Assembly (NCBI RefSeq): GCF_006345805.1
Contig: NC_042997.1
Location: 127,038,001 to 127,102,000, forward strand
DNA length: 64,000 bases
DNA from: Octopus sinensis
Taxonomy: Eukaryota
Reading direction: 5' to 3'
Made by a program: the position numbers and the translations under genes. The notes under the pieces were generated by a model. It did no database searches. It had not been told where the DNA came from and saw only the letters and a program-made list of their open reading frames with translations. Below are positions 40,221 to 56,109 of the stretch, one piece after another. The first letter of the stretch is position 1. Every line of letters begins with the position of its first letter.

Positions 40221-41019
40221 TGAGTATGTAATATACAGTTTAGTAATTTACACAGTTTAAATTTACCAGTCTTTTCTCATAAACGCTGTGCATGGCATTT
40301 GAATTCAACACTTGAATGTGTAGATAGAGGTTGACACATTTCTCTTGTCGGTCGCGATACATGTTAGCTCCAAGGTAAGGTCTTGTATTGATTTCTATCT
40401 ATAGGAATATTCCCCTGACGACATGAATGGGTCCCTAACGTCGAAATTGCAATGGGAATTTACCAGTTATTTTTAAGTTGTGGATTCTATTTGCCATGTC
40501 GCCCGCAGACAGCTTTTATCGTGAAGAATAATAATATGAGTGATACAAATGGCTTTATGGCAGTTTTGACTGCTATTTCTAAACATGTAAGGGTTTTGAA
40601 ACCCTCTTACTTATAATTGTGACTTATTCATAGTTATAAACATTCTTCTTGTATGTATTTTATGATAACATGTTTGGCCATTGATATATTCATAAATAAT
40701 TATTAATTCTGTTGTGTCTGGGGAGAGTCATTTTCTTTTTGTGCCTTATAATTTAACACACTCATCGGTAAAATTTCCACTTATTTCTTATTTTTATTTT
40801 CTCAAAATTTTCGTTGCGTCTTGCAACCTTTTGAATAGTCTTCACTCTCTTGAGAATCAAGACTATTGAAAATGACTCTCACCAGACACAACAGAATATG
40901 TTACAACACACGAACTCACATAAAGAATCTTGCAAACCAAATCCAAAAACGAAATATAATTAATTGTTTATAATATATCCTCCCTAATGTGTCATTACAT
41001 TACTTTTTCATTATATATA

Positions 41020-41069
<50 letters not shown>

Positions 41070-41519
41070 TTCAATGCCCTAACCCTATACGCCCTTTTGT
41101 AAAAGGCTCAAGGGAGATGAGCAGGGCATGTCAGTCGCATACCAGCCCGCAGCATTGCAAAGCAGATTCACACTGGTAAACCCTGTCAGCGAAAGCACGT
41201 TGTTGATAAGTATGTTTGTGAGTGTATGTGCATGTGGGTGGGTTGAGGTGCGGTGTTGAAGTGGTTCAAGAACTGCCTTAAAGTATCCCCGAAAGTTATT
41301 GCGGTTGACTTCTGAGAGCTGCTTCAATCAAAACTGAAACAGCTGGGACACTATGATTCATAGTGGTGCCCAAAACGTTGAAACTAAAGGAACTGCACAT
41401 TCTGAGAAACATTAAACCACAAAGCTAACAATGGTCTCAAGTGCTGCACTTTACCACACATGCTCTACATTTGGGAACGGTTTCCTTGCTCGGATAGGAC
41501 CAGTTCTGACTGGTCCTCT

Positions 41520-42977
41520 AATGTAACCCTAGAAACCTTATGTATGAAAGGGGAAAAATAAATATAAATGCGAGATGCTCACCACTGGGGCACCTTTAGC
41601 CATCCGTCTGAGTGATCAGTGCTAACCCAGTGGGGTTAAACGGCGAATAGCAAAAGCATGAACAACAACGGTCAATCAAAATCAGAAAAAAAAACTGACC
41701 AGACCAATCAAAACCAGTCTAGACTTGACCAGACCAGATCAGACCAGATCAGATCCGATCAGACCGGACCAGACCATTACAGACCAGGTCAGACATGGCC
41801 AGGTCGGGTCAGGTCAGAGTAGAACAGATATCCAAGTGAATCCTGAGTAATAGTCATGGTTAAAAACGAAGGACGAATAACAGAGCGCCAGAAAAAGAAA
41901 ATAACATTGTGGTAGTTTGTTGCTGTCTTTTATGAGTTCAAAATCTTGCCAGACCTAGCTGAAACGTTAGCGCGCCGGGAGAAATGCTTAGCGGTATTTT
42001 GCCTGCCGCTACGTTCTGAGTTCAAATTCCGCCGAGGTCGACTTTGCCTTTCATTCTTTCGGGGTCGATTAAATAAGTACCAGTTACGCACTGGGGTCGA
42101 TAAAATCGACTTAATCCGTTTGTCTGTCCTTGTTAGTCCTCTCTGTGTTTAGCCCCTTGTGGGTATTTCGTCTGCCGTTACGTTGTGAGTTCAAATTCCG
42201 CCGAGGTCGACTTTGTCTTTCATCCTTTCAGGGTCGATAAATTAAGTACCAGTTACGCTCTGGGGTCAGTGTTATCGACTTAATCTCTTTGTGTCCTTGT
42301 TTATCCCTTCTATGTTTAGCCCCTTGTGGGCAATAAAGAAATAAGTTTGTTAACATTATTTAGCCCTAGGTCATCCTGGACAATTAAATCTATGATCGAA
42401 GCTATTCTAGCTGTGTCCATTCCGTTCTCTAGAAATATGCAGAACTACGTTATCTAATAAGACTTTTACTTGAGAGAGTAGGATACCATTTGAGAATGAT
42501 TTCAATGCAATTTCAGCGATTATGTCGCAGCTCTTTCATTAGCTCGTTTAGGCGGGTAGAGCTATCTAAAGATGGCGACAGAAGACGTAAAGTGAGATAA
42601 AAAACAAGCACCAGTTCAGTTGTAGCATTAATATAAAACAACTGTTGCCTCACACAAAAATTTGTAGTCATGTTTGGATCCAATAAAATATTACACATCA
42701 AATAAGATTCGCAAATAAAAGGATCGTATAACGAGCTAACAATGGAGCCTCTTTATGGTCGCTTGCCTTGCAAGAAATAACAGTCGAATTTCTCTTAAAT
42801 CATGCTTTTACGTTTAAAAATATATGTCGGTAATGTAACCCTAGAAACATTATGTATGAAAGGGGGAAAATACGAGATGCTCATCACTGGGGCACCTTAA
42901 GCCAACCGTCTGAGGGATCAGTGCTAACCCACTGGGGTTAAACGGCGAATAGCAAAAGCATGAACAACAGCGGTCAT
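41520..42977 (+). repeat. ~155-bp direct repeat pair (41520-41677 and 42833-42977)
   Basis: aatgtaaccctagaaac...gcatgaacaac occurs twice with scattered substitutions. Confidence 0.85.
41945..42345 (+). mobile_element. SINE family B head-to-tail dimer
   Basis: The core ttctgagttcaaattccgccgaggtcgac occurs at ~42015 and ~42186; the second unit is 5'-truncated. Confidence 0.85.
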
Positions 42978-43229
42978 ATTTTACAGAAACCACTTCTAAA
43001 ATGTCAAATAATTGTTGATATAAATTTAAAGGAGACTTGCAGAATTGAATGAAATGGAGAATTCTAAAAGATCTCATTGAGAATGTGTGATTTCTATGGT
43101 TTAATCATCATCAGTGTTCACAACATCGCGGCATCACACTTCACTAAACTGTCAATACACGGAACCAAGAACAAACATTGAGAATCTCGGCTAAAATTTC
43201 TGAGGATTGTTGACTCTTTTAAGCTAGTA

Positions 43230-44580
<1,351 letters not shown>

Positions 44581-44660
44581 TATCTGTCAGTTCTTGGTTT
44601 AATTAATATTCTATATAACAAGTCAATGTTTATTTAGCTTGACCAAATTGATTTGCTCAC

Positions 44661-44769
44661 CTCATTTGCCATCTTCAACTCAGCAATATCTCTCTCCAGT
44701 CCACTAATTATCAATTCTTTGATAGGGTATTCTTGATGCTGGAATGGTAAAGGAAATCTGAGCAATATT
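44661..44769 (-). CDS. Internal exon (RILLRFPLPFQHQEYPIKELIISGLERDIAELKMANE); alternative acceptor would start at 44757
   Basis: Acceptor ttttattgacttgatctgcag|, donor GAG|gtgagc, phase 2-0. Joins in frame to 33294, giving ...ELKMANEKEQKAVEQLL... Confidence 0.65.
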
Positions 44770-45239
44770 CTGCAGATCAAGTCAATAAAATGCTTTTGTC
44801 TGTCTTCACATTCAGTGTGGAAGACTTATTGCAACGAGTTCAAAGTAAACACTACACTTGGCACACTGTTCATATATATATAAGATGAGGTAATAGTGAG
44901 CTGTAGTTGCGCACACATACATAGTTACGTACATACATACATACATACATACATACATACATACATACATACATACATACATACATACATGCATACATAC
45001 ATACATACAAACATACATACATACATACACACATATATGTATACAGTTTCATAGGTACACATACTATTTTCATATTCATACACACCCACACATATATGTA
45101 TGTAAAATACCTACATATGTATATACATACATGTATATATGTATATATATATATATATATATAATATATATATATATATGTATATGTATATATATATGTG
45201 TGTGTAAATGTATATATACACATGCATACACACACACAC

Positions 45240-45300
<61 letters not shown>

Positions 45301-45402
45301 ATATGCTGAACACATATCGCAAGTTGTATAATTTATCTTCATGATGACAATTTGAATGGACAAACACACATAAGCTTACATGAATATGCACATGAATGGA
45401 AG

Positions 45403-45471
<69 letters not shown>

Positions 45472-45823
45472 GCACACACACACACACATACACACACGTA
45501 CACACGTACTAGTACGTATACATTTACTTAAATGGTGCACAGAGATGGAGCATTTATAGATATCTTTAAAGATTTAATAGAATTTTAGAATATTAAAACT
45601 TCGAAGTTATTTTTCTTTTACGTCACAATAAACACATACATATACACACATAGAATGACAAAAATACACATGGAAATTTATACTGTCACACTTAGCCATC
45701 TATTTATGCATATTTAAATATACAGAAATGCATACGAGCACATATGTATATGTGCAAATGCATGTATACACACATGCAGCTACACACACATACAGATTAT
45801 GAATGTGAGTGTATGTATATATC

Positions 45824-45916
<93 letters not shown>

Positions 45917-45950
45917 TCATCTATCCATCTATCTATCTATCTGTCTACCA

Positions 45951-46018
<68 letters not shown>

Positions 46019-46019
46019 G

Positions 46020-46054
<35 letters not shown>

Positions 46055-46629
46055 CTCTATCTATCTATCTATAGGCACCATATGATTTAGTATTTTGTAT
46101 AAATGTTACACACACACACAGACGCACACACATACACACATACTTAAATCTGAATTAGATCAATACGGCAATTTAAGAACTGGCCTAGATGCGTTACAAA
46201 CTCTAGTTTGTATTCTCATAGCACTGAGTTCAAATCCCGGTAAGATTGCTTTTGGCTTTTCTTACTTTGATGTTGCCAGAATTTTGTATCCGAAATATAC
46301 TTGCTATGAGACATTTACTTATAATGTCCTTCCTCTCTTATAGGACATTAATATGACAAAATATCGATATTTCTATATCGCATTCAGATATCAGTTCCTT
46401 GATATCTTTTTCTTGGTGTATCGGCACCATGTGGTGTATAATAATAGGTATTTATATCCTATGGTATAAAAAAGTTAGCGCCTACGTATAGTGATATACA
46501 GGAGTAAATGTGTGCATCATATGGTTTATAGTAATAGTTGTCTAGAGTATTTGATGCAGAGTAGTAGTAAATCTATACTTCATACGGTGATATTAATGAG
46601 AGAACATTATATGGCTTAGATTAATACGA

Positions 46630-47480
<851 letters not shown>

Positions 47481-47559
47481 AGACACACACACAGACACAC
47501 ACACAGACACTCACACACACACATACACACATACACACACACACACACATATATAGGGT

Positions 47560-47860
47560 GTGAAGGTGCATGGCTTAGTGGTTAGAGTGTTGCACTCACG
47601 ATTGCGAAATCATGTGTTCGATTCCGAGACTGAGTGTTGCATTGTGTTCTTGAGCAAAGCACTTCATTTCACGTTGCTCTGCGATCATTTCGACATCGGA
47701 CATGTGGCACTCAGTTGCACCTGTACAGGTAATCTCAATTTGATGGTGGAAGTAGGCTTATGTGTACATCAACATTTGATCATTATAAACAAATCATCTG
47801 TGTGGTTGTTCGGTAAGAAATTGTCGAACCCTCATACGCCGAGTAATAAATGGACCTAAT
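47560..47860 (+). mobile_element. SINE with a family C head and a different body
   Basis: gaaggtgcatggcttagtggttag...gttcgattcc...cttgagcaaagcac. Confidence 0.7.
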
Positions 47861-47999
47861 CACTCAAGTTACTTCACAGCTGTTTTCACTTTCCCACAGA
47901 GAGAGATATACAAATAAATAAAGACTTATGAATTATTCAATACCGCAGATTTACAAAGGGAAGAGCTAACCGTCAATTATATCGATATAAAAGATATGT

Positions 48000-48980
48000 A
48001 ACATAAGCAGTCGATGAGATGAATTAGAACTCAGCAACGCACCCTGATGGGTATCCAGCAATCCTTTTAAAGACACGCAAAACTGATTTGGCAAAAGCAT
48101 GCAGATACTTTTCCAGAAATTCTCTGCTTGTGGCAAACTGCCGAAAAGGTTAAAGAAGTACTGTCTGACTTATTCATAAAGAAAGATACTAAGCATGAAT
48201 CTCTCTGATCTCACGCGTAATCAAAGTTACAGGGCGCTTTGTACGAAGGTAGCTGACCACTTTCTTATGAAAAAATGACTTGGTCACTGACACACAGTTC
48301 GGCTTTTGCCCAGAAAGGAGCTACCCCACACAGCTACTACAGCATTAAGACTGAACACTGAAACAATAGCCCAAGCAATTAAATGTGGATGTGATATACT
48401 ACGACTTTTGGAAAGCTTTCAATAAAGTTGATCATTGAATGATATGTCACAAAAGGGCATTAGCTCGGCATAGTTAGAAAACTAGGGGAGTTGCAGCCCA
48501 AAACTCGCTCTGCAAGAAAACATCAATTCTAAGCGGAATCCCTCAGGAAACCGTACTGGGACTACTACCGTTTGTGGTAGTTCTCTTAGACACGCTATTA
48601 ATCATACTGTCAGCTACTCTCAACAGTTACGCTGATGATACAAAATTATCACAGCCAGTCAAGAATCAGATGATAACGTAAAACTACAGAAAGATCTGAA
48701 TACAATATGCATGCAGTTCAATGTTGAAAAAAATTTTTTTAATGCTCAGCTATCAAAGCACAAATAGATGGCACTCATAATGCACAGGACCCAGGGGTTA
48801 TTGCCATCTCGGATTCACAATCAGTGCTATTTCTGGGAATCTACGTAGGCAATGATGCATCATTCCGTGCGCATATTACTAAGATAGCAACAGTGCGCAA
48901 GCGGCTAGATGGTTGGATTCTGAGACCTTTCAGAACAAGGAAAAAAACAAACCATGTTGGTCCTCTGAAGAATATTTATG
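48000..48980 (+). mobile_element. CR1/L2-like LINE RT remnant
   Basis: YDFWKAFNKVDH, SGIPQETVLG, SYADDTK. Confidence 0.85.
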
Positions 48981-48987
48981 CTCAGTG

Positions 48988-49312
48988 GTGAAGGCGCGTT
49001 GTTTAGTGGTTAGAGTATTGGGCTTACAGTCGTAAGGTCGTGAGTTCGATTCCAGGCAGCGGGTTGTGTCCTTTACCGAGACACTTTATTTCACGTTACT
49101 TCAGTTAACTCAGCTGGCAAAAACGTGTTGTACCTGTATTTCAAAGGACCAGCCTTATCCCATCCTGTATCACGCCGAATCTCCCTGAGAACTACTATAA
49201 GGGCACGCGTGTCAGTCAAGTGCTCAGCCACCTGTACGTTAATTTTACGAGCAGGCTGTTCCAGCGATCGGATCAACTGGGACCCTCGCCGTCGTAACCA
49301 ACGGCGTGCCAG
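48988..49312 (+). mobile_element. SINE family C
   Basis: A-box-like tttagtgg, B-box gttcgattcc; tail ..cgtaaccaacgg. Confidence 0.85.
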
Positions 49313-49364
49313 TTATTTCCTTTCGTTCTCAGTCTACTACTCCCAATTATGTTCGTCACATAAG

Positions 49365-49590
49365 ATGTAAGGCAATGTCATACAGAGTAAGGCTGTGTCA
49401 CATGGTGTATAGTGATGTTATATGTTGTAGGGCAGTATCATATGTTAAGCTGCAATGTCATATGGTATAGGCCGATATCATATGGTGTAAAGTAGGGTCA
49501 GATATGTGTAGTGTGCCAAGTTATGTCACGCGTTGTAAGGCAGTGTTATATGAGGTAGAGAAATGTTATATGATGTTTGCAGCACTATAT
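49365..49590. repeat. Degenerate ~20-bp minisatellite (tgtaaggcagtgtcatatgg)n
   Basis: About 11 recognisable units. Confidence 0.75.
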
Positions 49591-52500
49591 AGGCCTCCTA
49601 AATATTTTTATTTCAAAACAAATATTTGCATAATTTATACCCAGTTCAAATAAAGCCTGTTTTATGCGATGATACTATCTAGCATATCAATAAACCCATA
49701 AATAGATGTAGTTCTACCATGTAATATTAAACACCAAGCCTTAACCCATATAAATATCAACCATTCTCCTGATCTTTTATTACCAATCTCACGTCATCTA
49801 TTAACAGCAAACATAAATAGTTTCACTTCTTATTAAATTTATCAGAGACACCCTTAAGGCTAGGCTTGATTCTTAGCACTTAGCTAACCTGACTGGACAG
49901 CATTGTGGTTATTCTTATACAGCCATAGAACAACCACACTGGAATATACAGACGCGTATACATATACACACATAGGCACACACGCACACACGTATATTTA
50001 TAATAGTACATATACGTACATATATGCATATAAATATACACATAATATATATATATATTTATATATATTCACACTCATAAATGTATATCTGTCTATCTAT
50101 CTCTATATGTGTGTTAGTGTATGCGTGTGTGTGTGTTTATGTGTGTGTTTGCGTGAGCGTGTGTGTTTAGTTTCGACTTTCTAGCGTATTGAGTACTCAC
50201 TCAATACGCAAGAAAGACTACTTATTACTCGAGTAGAGTTTAATAACATTCTTTTATATTTTTGGTCGTGCCAGTCACTTACATATAATAATAATAATTA
50301 TAAGTATTAATATTTAGCGTTTAGTATAAGCAATAGAGTAACTCATGGTCTGAGAATTTCGTGCATTGGCACTTATCAAACTAGCTTGATAAGTGCCAAC
50401 ACATAAAACTCTTCTGTTAAATATCAATAAAAATATATATATACTCATTTTTTGACTTCTACTTTTTCTGTTTGCATCAATATACCTGTATATATATATA
50501 TATATATATAAAAGGAATCTTCGAGAAAGAGTGGTGAAATTATCTCAAATCACACCCTACCGTCTTAAATATAGAAAAACTGCCATATGGAGAAGCTCTT
50601 GTGTTCTAAATTAAGCAGTTCACGATACATTGCCCTCACAAAAAAAGTCATGACTGGGCGCCTTTCATTATATACTTCTACTCGAACAGGTTCTGCCTTC
50701 CATTAAACAACAATATCAATAACAGAAGTAGCAGTAACAACAACAGCAAGACGTTTCGGTCAAGTTAACATCATCATAACGAGTATGCAGCCAATTTCAG
50801 AGTAATTTTCCGTACTATTTCCTGTCCTGATATATGTGATGGAAGATATTTACAGTGCGTAGCCGTGTACAAATTTTATCTTGATCACTGAATGGTCATG
50901 ATTTATACCGACTTCACTTTAAATGACAATGCAGTCACGAACAAGTGAATCTGCAAAGCGGATTCACTTGATTGTGAGTTATATGTGTGTTTAAGCATGT
51001 ATATGCTTGTAGATATAAGTATACACGTCGATAAGCGTATCGTTATAGTGGGTATGTATATATGTGTGTTACGCTGTATGCACACACACGCACACACACG
51101 CACACACACGCACATACACATATACTCATAGGTATATGTGTACTCATATGTATATATGTTTGGATAAGCTTGAATGCGTGATGTACAAATGTGTGCCCCT
51201 GTGTGTGTGTGTGTATGTGTATGTGTGTAATAGTGCACATGCATATAAGTATATGTGTAAATATGTATGTACGTGCTTAGGGAAGCTTAAATATGGTGTG
51301 TGAATGGGAATGATATACACGTGCGCACGTGTGTCTAAGTGTGTAAGTGTATTGGTATATGCATGCATTTAGGTAGGTATGCGTGTATCTACATCGGTGT
51401 GTGTGTGGATGTGTGTGGTGTAATAATATATATGAATAAGTGTGTGTGTATGTGTGTTTATCTATGTATGTGTATGCGTTTAGGAGGCTACGTGTGTTTG
51501 CTTATGTATATAAATGCATGTACAGGTGTGTTGTAATAATGTGTGCACGTCTGAGTGTGCAAGAGTGTGTACTTGTATAATTATATCCTTTTTAGAGGTA
51601 TATGCATAGGTGCGTACGCGTGTATGCTTTCATGTATATGCATATGTGTGTGTGAATGTGCGTGATGTCGTAATACGTACACATGCATGTGTGTATGTGT
51701 GTAAGCGTGTGTCTGTGAATAGGTACGTGTATGAATTCCGGTAGGTGCGCTTGCATTTTTGCATGTAAACATATATTTGTGTACATATGTCTAACGTAAT
51801 AACAGTTATACGGGCGTACGCGTATGTAAAAGCCTGCTTTTAAGTAATTACTCAATGTTCGCTGTAGTATATATATATATATTACATAAACCGGATACTC
51901 ATCACTCAAACTAAATAGAAATATTTTACATATAATGAAAATATTTATTTTGGCTTTTTTGTCTCAGCAAAATATAATTTTAGAAAAAGTGCTCCAGGAG
52001 TTCTACCCCATCACACACCACTTTCTCTCCATCTCTTTTGCTCTGTTTCCTGTCTTTCTGTTTATTTTTTTCCTTCCCTTTTATCTCCCATCTGTCTGTC
52101 CTTCTCTCTCTCTCCCCTTCTCCCCCTCCTTTTATGCTATATCTATCTACCTCTTTCTCTCCCTCCCATTTTCAATCTTTTTCACTCCCTTCCTTGTTTT
52201 TTTCTCTCTTACCTGTCTTTTACTATTCCTTCATCTTTTCTTTTTTCTTTTCTATCTGTCTCTCTCTGTCTGTTTGTCTCTTTCTCCCCCTGCATCATTG
52301 TTATCTATGTTATTACAACATCAATTTCACTTAGTTGCCGTTACTGTCAATACTAGCCTACAGTCTACGCTAACATTTAGATCTTGACTGCCTTGATAAC
52401 TTTATGAAACGCTTCAATTGTTCTACACGAACAGCTCAGTCAAACGGTGCTGACATTATCATTGCTTCTTCATTAACCTTTAAGTGAAATTAACACACAC

Positions 52501-52701
52501 ACACACACACACACACAGAAGCTCACAAACGTCATCCATTGTTCTATTATCTTTTAAAAATGTAACATTTCCAAAGTAATCACACAGATAGACGAACAGC
52601 GTATTCACACAGAGAAAAATATACATATAAATACATACACATACCTATGTATATATATATATATACATACACACAAACACACACATACACATACACGCAT
52701 G

Positions 52702-52735
<34 letters not shown>

Positions 52736-53059
52736 CATGTAGATATATATGTATATACATACACTTGAATGTATGTTTACATGAATGAATGTATGTTCGT
52801 TTTAGTCGGCTACTATTGTCACCCTGATACCATGTTGCACAGAGATCAGGTGTTCTTCAGATGACATTTTAAAGAAGAGAGTGTTAAGAATAAACGTCAA
52901 TGACCTCAATGAATAACACTGATGTTCCAAAAGAGCGAGCCGCGTTTTGAACACACTTGTATAGCTTACAAGATATAATTGCTATGTGGTATGACATTAC
53001 GATAGGATTTGGATTTTTTTCTTTTATTCAATATTTCAAGATATTGCATTAATATATAT

Positions 53060-53650
53060 CACTTCTCGCTATGGTCACCCACCAGTGTGAAATTAACAGC
53101 GGAACTTGAAGCAATCTAGAGAAGATTCACAAAGAAGATCGTCTCTTTGCAACTGCTCAGCTGCTGGGAAAGGCTGAAACAGCTAAGACGCTACTCCCTG
53201 GAGAGAAGGCAGGAGAGGTATGCAGTAATATACATCTGGAAGATCCTGGAAGGAATTGTGCCAAATTTTGGCATTGAAAGCTACACCAATGCCAGAACGG
53301 GACGGCACTGCATAGTGCCAAAGATCCCAGTAACGCCATCGCACTTCAGGACCAGTTACTGCAACAGCCTGGGTTTCAAGGGCCCACAACTTTTTAATAT
53401 TCTCCCAAAGAGCCTGACGAACCTGCACAAAGTAGATGTAGGCCATTTTAAACCAAAGCTGGACCTCTTCCTGTCGAGAGTCCCAGATGAACTTACATCA
53501 CGGCAAGAGGTCCAAATGAGGGTAGCTATATCAAACTCCATTCTTCACCAAGTGCGACATATTGGAGGAGGCTCTCAGGAATAATAGTGTAGCAAAACGG
53601 CGGTGCATCAGCATGGCCGCAGCTCTGAGGTGAAACTACAGAAAAAGAAA
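53060..53650 (+). mobile_element. 3' end of a CR1/L2-like LINE (ORF2 C-terminus plus 3'UTR)
   Basis: SCWERLKQLRRYSLERRQERY..GPQLFNILP..FKPKLDLFL; stop at 53582-53584, then a short UTR and A-rich tail. Confidence 0.85.
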
Positions 53651-54100
53651 TTCTCTGTGGAACAGAGTTGGCAACTTTTTGTCCATTTATACAAACAGTG
53701 GTATGCTAAGTGATTGACCATTTAGTATTTATCTTTTACACAGTGCCGTCTGAAGGCATGGAACCACTGGGCAGTTGACTGGAAACGTCATATGTCAAGG
53801 ACCTTAATGCTAATATATGTATTCTGTAGATGTTTATGTAGGGGCTCCGGTGAATATATTTGCGTAGGGACCTGTAGTGTTGTTAAGACGGCTCCGCCCT
53901 CGCGTAAAAAACCCGACCATTGTGTATATATATATATGCACACACATACGAACTCGCATGCACACACACACACACATGAGTGTGTGTCAGTGTGTCTCTG
54001 TGTTTTTTATGTAAATATCTTTCACGTGAATACCATTCACTATCTATAATTTTCACACTCAAATATTGGCCTTTCATAGTTTATCTTTAAATCTCATCAC

Positions 54101-54132
54101 CTGATTAGATGATATTTATATACTTCAAAGAT
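54101..54132 (-). CDS. Candidate 32-nt exon (IFEVYKYHLIR)
   Basis: acaatag|...CAG|gtgatg. Phase 0-2 bridges 60618 to 44769; both splice sites are only moderate. Confidence 0.35.
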
Positions 54133-54269
54133 CTATTGTAATTTACTTGAAGCATTGCAATTGTTTAAATGATATAAAATCTTGTGAAAACCTTTGAGCA
54201 ATGCAGGTGAGAAATTATCAAAATATGTAAGGTGATGTCAATAAATGAAAAAAGAGAAAGTTGTATTAC

Positions 54270-54317
54270 CTTACAAGGGCTGTTTACTGATCTTATAACA
54301 TTTCGGTAAAAAATTCT
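54270..54317 (-). CDS. Candidate optional exon (RIFYRNVIRSVNSPCK)
   Basis: 48 nt, phase 0-0, AAG acceptor after a pyrimidine tract, donor AAG|gtaata. Confidence 0.22.
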
Positions 54318-55410
54318 CTTTGTAAATAAAAGACACAAAATAATCATGTCTCTGAATTTTTGGCTTATTTTCTATCTTCTATATGAACAGGAAGAATGTT
54401 TCCCGAAATATTATTATAAGATATTAAACAACCTATATGCATTATACTAAAAGTTCAACCATCTAGTATCTATGTATTTCATACATAACAGTTGACCATT
54501 CTATATTTATGCATTTCTTGATAAACACTTGAACATTCATTATCCATACTACTAACAAGTGACCATTCAATATTTTTGTCTTTCCTACTCAATTATTATC
54601 GATTTAACATGTATTTCGTACTCAACGATTGACAATCCAATTTTCTTCAACCAACGACTCAATATTCAACAATTGCCTTTCTGTAACTATATAATTCTTA
54701 CTCAATGACTAAGTATTCAATATCGTTGCTAGTCCATACTATTTATCTAGATTTGGTTATAACCATCTCTTTCCCTCACACTTCAAAGTAAACTTTGGTT
54801 AAGTAATCTACCCTTGAAACAACCTGCGCTCATTCCAATGTAAATTATTTCACTTTTCCCTACTCTCTCAGCTTATGAATTCAGTTATGCCATTGATCGA
54901 ACGAACAATTTTACACCGTTTTGCAATTTCTATCACACTATCTGACCCTGGAATCGCTATTATTGAATGGCTTCTAGTATTTGTGGATATCGTCAAAACG
55001 CTTTCCAGATTAATTCCAAGAAATTCCTAACCAACCTCATATTAAATTTCTACTGAACAGTGGATTGGAAACAATGATATTCAATATTCTGGATTTGCTA
55101 TAGGGCTGCTCACACGCATGAGTAAGAATTTAATCTTCTTAAGCATGTTTCTTTCTAAGATGCTGCTCTAATAATTAGCAGGTTTATATACTGAGTAGAT
55201 ATTAGATTCCCTATCACTTATATATACATACATACATTCATAGATTGATGCATACGTACGTACATACATACATACACGTACACATACATACATACATACA
55301 TACATACATACATACATACATACATACATACATACCTACATACATACGTACATACATACATACATACATACGTACATTCATGCATGCATGATTGCTTACA
55401 TACATTCATG

Positions 55411-55452
<42 letters not shown>

Positions 55453-55738
55453 TATATATATATATATATAATATATATACATACATGTGTGCATGCATGC
55501 ATACACATGCAAACACGCATATACGCAGTAATTCGACATTTCATAAAGGTTTTATTTTCTAGTGCTTCAATCTAATATTATATCTAGAAAATTAACCATT
55601 GTGAGGTGGTGATAACTGTAATCTATCTATGTATACATGTATGTATGTATGTATGTATGTATGTATGTATGTATGTATGTATGTATGTATTTATTTATTT
55701 ATGTATGTATGTATGAACACACACATACATAGATGCAT

Positions 55739-55778
<40 letters not shown>

Positions 55779-55779
55779 T

Positions 55780-55824
<45 letters not shown>

Positions 55825-56109
55825 CACACACATATATATATATATACATACAGATATATATTTATATACGCACATATGCACACACGCGCATACAGAGACA
55901 CACAGACATAAACACACACACATGCATATACATACACACATATATATATATATGGTGAGAGAGAGCGAAAGAAAGAGGGAGAGAGTATACGAGAAATGCA
56001 TGTGTGTGTGTGCTTGATGTCTCTGTGTGAGCAGAATATCCCTCTGCATAGATTGGTGAAGGAGGGTTGTTTGAAATGCAGGTTGTCAAAAACAATATCT
56101 GTCAAAATG

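Noticed and set aside
41071-41085. CCCTAACCCT telomere-like motif
   Set aside because: Fewer than two full units; chance occurrence.
41580-41665. HDV-like ribozyme fold in the 155-bp repeat
   Set aside because: There are only 18 nt between P2 and P4 where about 22-23 are needed, and no GG for P1.1.
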